From contig JAGVWC010000009.1 in NCBI GenBank assembly GCA_018304465.1, positions 125,696 to 189,695 on the forward strand: a stretch of DNA of 64,000 nucleotides, in the 5' to 3' direction. Both the position numbers and the translations under genes were made by a program. Numbering within the stretch: position 1 is the stretch's first letter; every line of letters begins with the position of its first letter. Positions 58,601 through 64,000 of the stretch are shown one piece after another. This DNA is from Candidatus Iainarchaeum sp. Lineage in GTDB: Archaea > Iainarchaeota > Iainarchaeia > Iainarchaeales > JAGVWC01. The notes beneath the pieces are model-generated. The model ran no database searches and was not told where the DNA came from. It saw nothing but the letters and a program-made list of their open reading frames with translations.

Positions 58601-60129
58601 AGGTATTCGTGAACATGAAGTTGTTCAAACTCGTGAACTTCGGCTGGTACAATTCCCTGTTCGGCACGCAGGGACAGGATAACCCGCAAGTGGATTGGAA
58701 TGTAGCCGGCCAGACCTATGACCAAGTGTACTGGGCGCAGAACATGAACCAGCCGCCTGGAGCGCCTCCGCAGCTCGATTTCAATTTCCTCATTAATTAC
58801 TCCGCACGCACACTAAAGGTAGACACCAATCGCGACCGCAACTTTGGGGACAATCCCACGCTGGCACCCGGAGCAGACATCAATAACATGTATCGGATCA
58901 CGGATATTTCCCGGATCGGAAGCCAAAAACAGGGAATCAAATTCATCCGCACCAGTTCCTTTTCCACTACGGAGAGCAGCTTCGGTTACATCGGCGAGTA
59001 TCCCGCCGATATCAATTTCATGGTTCCGCTCATGGTCAAGGACGTAAATGGCTCGGCCATTGACGCGAACGTGATTGTCTCAAACGTTGCCAGGTTTAGG
59101 TCCGGAAGCTTTTATCCGGAAAACCTTGCGATCCGCAGTTGTTCTTCTTTGTCCGAGCTTCAATCGTGCACGATCAGCAATGACTTCAATTCGTGGCGTC
59201 GGCAAACAGACGGAAACGGATTCGTATTGCTGCCCGTGCGGATCGCCAAGGCCGGAAGCCGGATCATGCTGGAGATCACGGTGTATACGAACACGGGAAC
59301 CGCAGTGATTTCCACGCAGAAACTCCAACCGTTCGAAGGTCCCACCCTCGACGTCCTCAAGTACACTGTGACCACCAAAATCGCGGGTGCGACGTTTACT
59401 GTTAACTTTGACCAGAATTACCTGGACACCACCACGTATCCATGGCTGTCCGACCTTAATATCACCTATCCGTCCGACGTGAACGTGTTCATCGGACAGA
59501 TCACCGGAACTGGAGGCAACAACGGTCCCGCCGGAAGCTTGGGAAGCGATCGCAACTGGTATTTCATCAGGACACTCGACGGAAACCTGATTATCGACGA
59601 CGACCGCAATATCAGCCCGCCCGTGACGCCGTTTGACCCGGGCAATTACCTGGATGGGAACGCGGCGGAAGCCGGAGCCATCAGCGAGATGCTTTGTACG
59701 GATCTAAACACGAACTGCCAGGTCGTATATGATGACGGCATCGGGTCACCAAGCAGGTATCTCGACGCGAACGCAACGGATGCCAATATTTTTGATGGAA
59801 ACGTGATTTTTTACTCCGTGTACTCGGACTCCTACGGATCCAACTCGCCAAAAGCGGATTCGAACGTCCAGATATACGTCTTGCCTTCGACGCTCGCCGG
59901 TGTTCCGGTAACCGACACCTATTCGATAACGAATATACGCCTCGAGAATTTCGGAAGCTGGTCCACGAGCGCGGTGAGCTGTACCAATTGCTCCAACCGC
60001 ACGGGGCCCCTATTGCTTAACATCGGGAACCTTTCGACCGCGGGCGGATACAACGTGACATTCAACCTCGGCGTTGGCAGCGAAGAAGCCACTGAGAACC
60101 GGGTTTTCTTCAATCTGGGAGGCTCTTAA
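55693..60129 (+). CDS. Large secreted surface protein (S-layer/adhesin-like) rich in D-x-N motifs
   Basis: Sec signal peptide, beta-rich Ig-like sequence, and about 60 D-x-N tripeptides by hand count. Confidence 0.85.
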   Translation: MNHRALFGVLLLMGIISPTVFGTYITLSAVGGPFSTDSNILIIGKVFDNNGYARGYVDVNSYVVSDSNVASDLNYHGSVSGTFIRTLLPGDLAAGDYNIVAVDLNRNIRTSVRISVRSVKGGAITFNTHNPPFNKSTGEDINFTLLGKGAGNADTNVMVQVRLISDANNSQASPYIDVNANGLDQNVIGTSGLSQGLYYIDVNNGLALFPVPVFQFKGFLDIKDDQNNATNVFGPGKTVYVTAKAVNFDGNINQTITAIDVTVRNPSGVSTTVTCTGTAQKTCPYAIPADANSGEYLVSATITVGSDPLRVRRSFFVQAYQLKFFPQTFIGGDAGREKMPSVFPSGATVNFEMRMVNTATGTELSGSNDLNYRFCQDQNVQTFISLAGATDRNRTTATMVYASATPNYCVVAITAPQTQGTYQVTAEVQNGTETMRRTSVLVVQNYMIFSSPVSPDTFDPSSPTGKFTFYKGESVGFNPSYVDLNGSLNPKISAVRQIRVLEDGGAKTFTAAGDITWNSDKNILTLSAAAVNTLSGGFKQVEMLVDVNAADANASNITAFGMFKLQLLNLSATLWSGSSADANSAKSGQFGPPSVGLDENIFIRVSATTGSSTGISGATVQLRSMRNVDTWEEMTTSAVSSRVTDANGNAVLDIGTLIGLGKGSGGYMVEVAVTTSDGNSDTTEMFFDSRRFSVFLQPLDRTSGTQCQFAQGFRKDENASFIIRAFDPQSGFGAGDINLIVADSGALKLMYFGSPTKPQFPPLVDTNVYYDVNAAYPCMAQGGSGGGEPGSPTNLIMITLRKPNDTNWTTGFFDVSLQTDANGGRFDGNRETGRGFMRIQSFSFTANPNEVGQYGAPTAKPGAVFDVNTVIFGTTGDVNITAQLVDMMGGGKMDFGEAAGSDLNIGLRNPGLNGDCNATSCPLKYLQKSSDSNSQDVNVIRVFIPSGTKLQDYLIMLTATDSAGNTAEAEVFVNMKLFKLVNFGWYNSLFGTQGQDNPQVDWNVAGQTYDQVYWAQNMNQPPGAPPQLDFNFLINYSARTLKVDTNRDRNFGDNPTLAPGADINNMYRITDISRIGSQKQGIKFIRTSSFSTTESSFGYIGEYPADINFMVPLMVKDVNGSAIDANVIVSNVARFRSGSFYPENLAIRSCSSLSELQSCTISNDFNSWRRQTDGNGFVLLPVRIAKAGSRIMLEITVYTNTGTAVISTQKLQPFEGPTLDVLKYTVTTKIAGATFTVNFDQNYLDTTTYPWLSDLNITYPSDVNVFIGQITGTGGNNGPAGSLGSDRNWYFIRTLDGNLIIDDDRNISPPVTPFDPGNYLDGNAAEAGAISEMLCTDLNTNCQVVYDDGIGSPSRYLDANATDANIFDGNVIFYSVYSDSYGSNSPKADSNVQIYVLPSTLAGVPVTDTYSITNIRLENFGSWSTSAVSCTNCSNRTGPLLLNIGNLSTAGGYNVTFNLGVGSEEATENRVFFNLGGS

Positions 60130-61338
60130 ATGCGCTTTATCTGGCTGACGAGTCTCGCGTTTGTATTGCTGGTTGCCCCCGTGTTTGCGACTGGAAGTCT
60201 TTCGATTTCTCTTAATTCGCTCGACGCCATCAACGCGGGCGATTCCACGTCCTTGGTGGCCACGGTTTCGGCTTCCGGCGACTCGGTGTCAAACGTACAG
60301 GTCAGCATTTCGCTTCCATCCGGACTGACGACTTCCGATTCAACCACGCAGACCGCAGGAACACTTTCAGCCGGCCAAAGCACGACCAAATCATGGACGA
60401 TAACAGGTAACTCCGCCGGAACCTATACGATCACCGTTACCACGACCGGCACCAGCGTGACCACGCAGACTGCCAATGCCACTCTGACCGTCAACAGCCC
60501 CGGGTTTGTCACGGTAAGCGCCCAACAGTCGCCAGCTTCCACACTGGCCGCCAGCGCGATCACGACGCTGCAACTGTTATACGCCAACACCGGCGGAAGC
60601 AGTACAACCGTCTCGACAACGATCACGCCTTCATCAGGCTTGACGGTTTCAAGCGGTTCCGCCACCCAATCCTTCGATCTTAACGCGGGACAATCCACCT
60701 CCATCAGCTGGACTTTTTCGATGACCGGCACCGGAACCCAGACCATTTCAGCGGCGATTTCGAGCACAGCCAACAATCCAGACGACTTGTCTTATTCCAT
60801 CACTGGACCTGCGGCCGCCGTCCCTGACAACGGCGGAACAAACCCTTTACCCCCTGCCAATCCGACCACAGCACCGGGAGGAGAAACGAATTCGCCGGGT
60901 TCCAGCGGATCTTCCCCACCGTTAGAAGAAACCGGTCTTTGCACCACCGGAGAGACGCAGGTTTGCCGGACCGGAAAAGAAGGAATTTGCAGTATTGGAA
61001 CCCAGACCTGCTCGAACGAAACTTGGAGTGCATGCGTCCAAAAAAACCAGCCGCGAACCGAAGACTGTTTCAATACCATTGACGACGATTGCGACGGTGC
61101 AGCCGATGCAAATGATTCCGACTGTGATACGACCCCTGGAAGAACAGATGATACGGGTCCGTCAGCGGATCTGATCACTCCACCTCCCTCGGAACCGGGC
61201 TTTCCGATTGAAGTGGCACTTGGCGGGTTGGCGCTTATCGTCTTGGTTGGCGCAGGGTACCTATATTACAAAAATCAAAAGCTCATCAAGCCGCCGCAAG
61301 GCAAGAACCGCATGGTTTTAAAGTCAAAACCCGAATAA
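60130..61338 (+). CDS. Surface protein with two CARDB-like Ig domains, a Cys-rich metal-binding motif and a C-terminal TM anchor
   Basis: Signal peptide, duplicated L.AGQST..SWT motif, EDCFNTIDDDCDG motif, and a TM helix with a basic tail. Confidence 0.8.
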   Translation: MRFIWLTSLAFVLLVAPVFATGSLSISLNSLDAINAGDSTSLVATVSASGDSVSNVQVSISLPSGLTTSDSTTQTAGTLSAGQSTTKSWTITGNSAGTYTITVTTTGTSVTTQTANATLTVNSPGFVTVSAQQSPASTLAASAITTLQLLYANTGGSSTTVSTTITPSSGLTVSSGSATQSFDLNAGQSTSISWTFSMTGTGTQTISAAISSTANNPDDLSYSITGPAAAVPDNGGTNPLPPANPTTAPGGETNSPGSSGSSPPLEETGLCTTGETQVCRTGKEGICSIGTQTCSNETWSACVQKNQPRTEDCFNTIDDDCDGAADANDSDCDTTPGRTDDTGPSADLITPPPSEPGFPIEVALGGLALIVLVGAGYLYYKNQKLIKPPQGKNRMVLKSKPE

Positions 61339-61390
61339 ACCGTGGAAAATCTATTTATAGAAGGGTGCTGTTGTACATACGGATTCATCC

Positions 61391-62065
61391 ATGCACGAAC
61401 AAACCATCGAAGAACTCGTCGCCAAGTATATTCCGGCGGATTCAGTGGTCGCCTTGGGCACGAGTCACTTGGCGGAAATTTTTTTGAAAAAACTGGCGTT
61501 TCGAACCCTTACGGAAAACGAGTCGTTTCAACTGGTTCCGACTTCGATGCGTTTGGCCGCGCTTGCCGCTGAACTGCATATCCCCATCACGTCCATTGAC
61601 GAGCATGAAATTGATGTGGCGATTGATTTTGTGGATTTGATCGACCGCGATTACAATTTTTTGAAAAGCGATTCGCATTCCTTGATTCGCGACAAAATGA
61701 TTTGTCAAAGCGCAACCGATTTTATCGCGATTTCGGAACGAAAAAACCTGGTGACAAAATTATCCGGAAAAGTCGGGTTTGAAATCGCTCAATTCGGCCA
61801 CCGCCACACCTTGACGGAATTGTCCCGATTCGGAAAAACGGAAATGAAAAAAGAAGGAAAAAAAGACTTCAAAACCGAGTCCGGCAACCTGCTTGCGTTT
61901 TGCCAGGTGGACGCCATTTTTTCGTTGGATGATCTTGAATTCCAGTCCAAGCAGATCCCCGGCGTGATTGAAACCGGTTTGTTTATCGGGTATGCGGACC
62001 GGATGATTTTGTATAACCCGGGGCTTGAAGCATTAAGTCGGATTCGAGTCACGCAAAAGAGGTGA
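61391..62065 (+). CDS. rpiA: Ribose-5-phosphate isomerase A homolog with divergent active-site motifs
   Basis: Recognisable layout: VALGT, VPTS, IDVAID, KTESGN and IPGVIETGLF. The catalytic motifs are altered. Confidence 0.8.
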   Translation: MHEQTIEELVAKYIPADSVVALGTSHLAEIFLKKLAFRTLTENESFQLVPTSMRLAALAAELHIPITSIDEHEIDVAIDFVDLIDRDYNFLKSDSHSLIRDKMICQSATDFIAISERKNLVTKLSGKVGFEIAQFGHRHTLTELSRFGKTEMKKEGKKDFKTESGNLLAFCQVDAIFSLDDLEFQSKQIPGVIETGLFIGYADRMILYNPGLEALSRIRVTQKR

Positions 62066-62249
62066 TTCAAATGACGGCACGATCAAGTTTCTTTGCATCG
62101 ACAATCAAGAGACAGAAACCGAAAGCGAAAAAAGAAGGAAAAAAAATTACCAACTACACCCAAAGAATGTGATGAACAAGAACCATTCAACCGGTTGACC
62201 TCGGATAAAAACAGAAATTCTTGTTGCTAACCCATAGTTTTTATCAATT

Positions 62250-62281
62250 AACCAAACGTATATTTTAATATAAGTTTGGTT
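62250..62281. promoter_or_regulatory. Palindromic operator upstream of the AbiE operon
   Basis: AACCAAAC-G-TATATT-TT-AATATA-A-GTTTGGTT ends 13 bp before the ATG and overlaps an AT-rich TATA-like region. Confidence 0.7.
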
Positions 62282-62294
62282 GTTTTAGTAGTAT

Positions 62295-62939
62295 ATGCTG
62301 ATCCCACTTGAAAACCGCCTCAAAAAACAAACGCACCGCGATATCGCTCGCTTGCAGGACGAGGCCATGGAAATCCTGTACCAGACGGATTCCAGTTTGG
62401 TATTTCACGGAGGCACCGCTATCTGGCGCTGCTTTGGAGGAAACCGGTTTTCCGAAGACCTGGATTTGTACGGAAAAAACATCTCAAAACTCGCCAAAAC
62501 CCTGCCGGAGATTTTTTCGCAACACGGACTTGACACCACCAAAATGAAGGCGACCGACTCCACGTTGTTCGCCAAGATTTCGGACAAAAAAACCGAGATC
62601 CGCGTCGAAATCAGTTCACTGAGTCATGCAGAACCCGTGGCCGCCGCTTTTGAGAAAGTCGACGGGCAATTCATGGAAATCCTCACAGTATCCGCACGCG
62701 ACTTGCTGGCCGAAAAAATCGGAGCGTACCAGAACCGCCGGCGAATCCGGGACCTTTATGACATTTTGCATTTAAGCGGCCAAATCACCGCAGACGATCA
62801 AATCAAGAAAGCAGCCGCGAAACTGCTGACGAACCCGCCCAAGCCCGTGGACGAACCCAACCTTAAGACGATCCTGTTTTCGGGCGCAGTCCCGACTTTT
62901 GCGCAAATGATCGAAGCGATCCAGAGGCGATTACGATGA
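62295..62939 (+). CDS. abiEii: Type IV TA toxin, AbiEii nucleotidyltransferase
   Basis: FHGGTA, RFSEDLD, EKIGA and RDLYD motifs. Confidence 0.9.
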   Translation: MLIPLENRLKKQTHRDIARLQDEAMEILYQTDSSLVFHGGTAIWRCFGGNRFSEDLDLYGKNISKLAKTLPEIFSQHGLDTTKMKATDSTLFAKISDKKTEIRVEISSLSHAEPVAAAFEKVDGQFMEILTVSARDLLAEKIGAYQNRRRIRDLYDILHLSGQITADDQIKKAAAKLLTNPPKPVDEPNLKTILFSGAVPTFAQMIEAIQRRLR

Positions 62940-63538
62940 AATACATGGCGGATGTTCGTCGCCGCTTTGGGAACCGTTCCGGCTTCACCTTATCGGATTT
63001 ACGGGTTTTTCTCCAACAAAAAAAAATTCCGCCCGCATACCTGTACCAACTAGTGCACCACTTGACCGCGCGCGGCGAACTACACCGGATTTCCAAAAGC
63101 GTGTATTCGTTTTCGGAAGAATTAAACGTGGTCGGCGAAGCGTTTCACCCAAGTTATCATGGCTTACAAGACGCGTTGTCTTTGCACGGCTTGTGGGAAC
63201 AAGAAACCGTCCCCGTGATTCTCACGCCGCGAAAAGTACGCACCGGCATCCGAACGTTTTTGGGACAGAACTATTTGGTGCGCCGGATTTCGCGAAAAAT
63301 GTTTTTCGGATTTCGATCGATAAAATGCGGAAACCTGTGGCTGACCGTTTCCGACATTGAAAAAACCCTGATTGACCTCGCGTATTTCCGACAGCCGCTT
63401 GAGAAGGACGCTCTGGCCGAAATCAAGGCGAGATTGGATGGGACGAAATTGCGGAAGTATCTCAACCAATGCGATTCCAAAACCAGGCAACGAGTCGAAA
63501 AATGGCTCCAAACCGGAGCCAAAAACAAATCTGGATAG
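62936..63538 (+). CDS. abiEi: Type IV TA antitoxin, AbiEi-like transcriptional regulator
   Basis: Winged HTH (LTARGELHRISKSVY), SYHGLQDALSLHGL and SDIEKTLID motifs; ATGA overlap with the toxin gene. Confidence 0.85.
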   Translation: MKYMADVRRRFGNRSGFTLSDLRVFLQQKKIPPAYLYQLVHHLTARGELHRISKSVYSFSEELNVVGEAFHPSYHGLQDALSLHGLWEQETVPVILTPRKVRTGIRTFLGQNYLVRRISRKMFFGFRSIKCGNLWLTVSDIEKTLIDLAYFRQPLEKDALAEIKARLDGTKLRKYLNQCDSKTRQRVEKWLQTGAKNKSG

Positions 63539-63675
63539 CCGAAAGCGAATAGACATGAATCCCGAAGTCAAACCGTACATGTTTTTCCCGGATAAAACCG
63601 GGCAAAACCCTTTTTTCCGACCCTTTTTCAATGATTTTGAGCAAGTCTTAAATAGCACCCTACGCTTTTTCTTGC

Positions 63676-63912
63676 ATGAAACTTGTTGACCGCGGTCAAG
63701 GCGGAATTGAATATATTCTTGGCATCGCCGCCGCCTTAGTCATTGCCGTGACCGTGGTTTCCATGGTGGGCGTTTTACCCCAGGGTCCTTCCGAAACCAT
63801 CAAACAAAACATTCTTTCTATACCCACCATCGACGATGTGCTGAACAAGAACCATTCAACCGGGCCCGACTCCGAAAAAAAAGAAGAATCACAAGGAAAA
63901 GGGCTTAGTTGA
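63676..63912 (+). CDS. Archaeal type IV pilin-like protein (class III signal peptide)
   Basis: DRG|QGGIEYILGIAAALVIAVTVV matches the [KR]G|QxxxEY motif followed by a hydrophobic helix. Confidence 0.85.
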   Translation: MKLVDRGQGGIEYILGIAAALVIAVTVVSMVGVLPQGPSETIKQNILSIPTIDDVLNKNHSTGPDSEKKEESQGKGLS

Positions 63913-64000
63913 AAATCTCTATTTTTGGAATCAATTTTAGGTTGTGTACTATGAAGCGGGCGAATATTTCTGCCCGCGCGCCGCGGGCAGTGTGAGAAGC

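Larger units (their letters stand above)
62167..63863 (+). repeat. 28-bp direct repeat (62167-62194 and 63836-63863)
   Basis: ATGTG(A/C)TGAACAAGAACCATTCAACCGG with 27/28 identity; the two copies bracket the TA pair and most of the pilin gene. Confidence 0.8.

Noticed and set aside
63951-64000. GC-rich hairpin CTGCCCGCG-CGC-CGCGGGCAG and a short ORF at the window edge
   Set aside because: Truncated by the window, so a structured RNA cannot be told apart from a gene start.

Overview
Archaeal chromosome segment, most likely from a DPANN lineage (Iainarchaeota/Diapherotrites-like; this taxonomy is inference). The archaeal call rests on an archaeal PolB, a type II MetAP, CCA-less tRNAs (one with a BHB intron), class III signal peptides and a stand-alone PEP-utiliser domain protein. 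The first 31 kb is a largely co-oriented cell-envelope locus. It holds three giant paralogous Ig-like, Cys-containing proteins (two split by apparent -1 frameshifts), a Cys-rich beta-helix protein, a pilin-like protein, five small membrane proteins in two paralog families (3+2), a degenerate HerA/VirB4-like ATPase and two coiled-coil proteins. Together these look like an undescribed contact or translocation machine. The rest has housekeeping genes (polB, map, hisS, trkH, CPA2 antiporter, two SPFH genes, a divergent rpiA) and five tRNAs, two of them overlapped by free-standing LAGLIDADG genes. It also has a Tat-like lytic transglycosylase, an IS5/IS1182-like element, a nested IS6-like passenger-carrying element with an 8-bp TSD, a surface protein with about 60 D-x-N motifs and a type IV AbiE toxin-antitoxin pair. 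No rRNA or CRISPR array was seen. All calls come from manual motif reading; no database searches were run.
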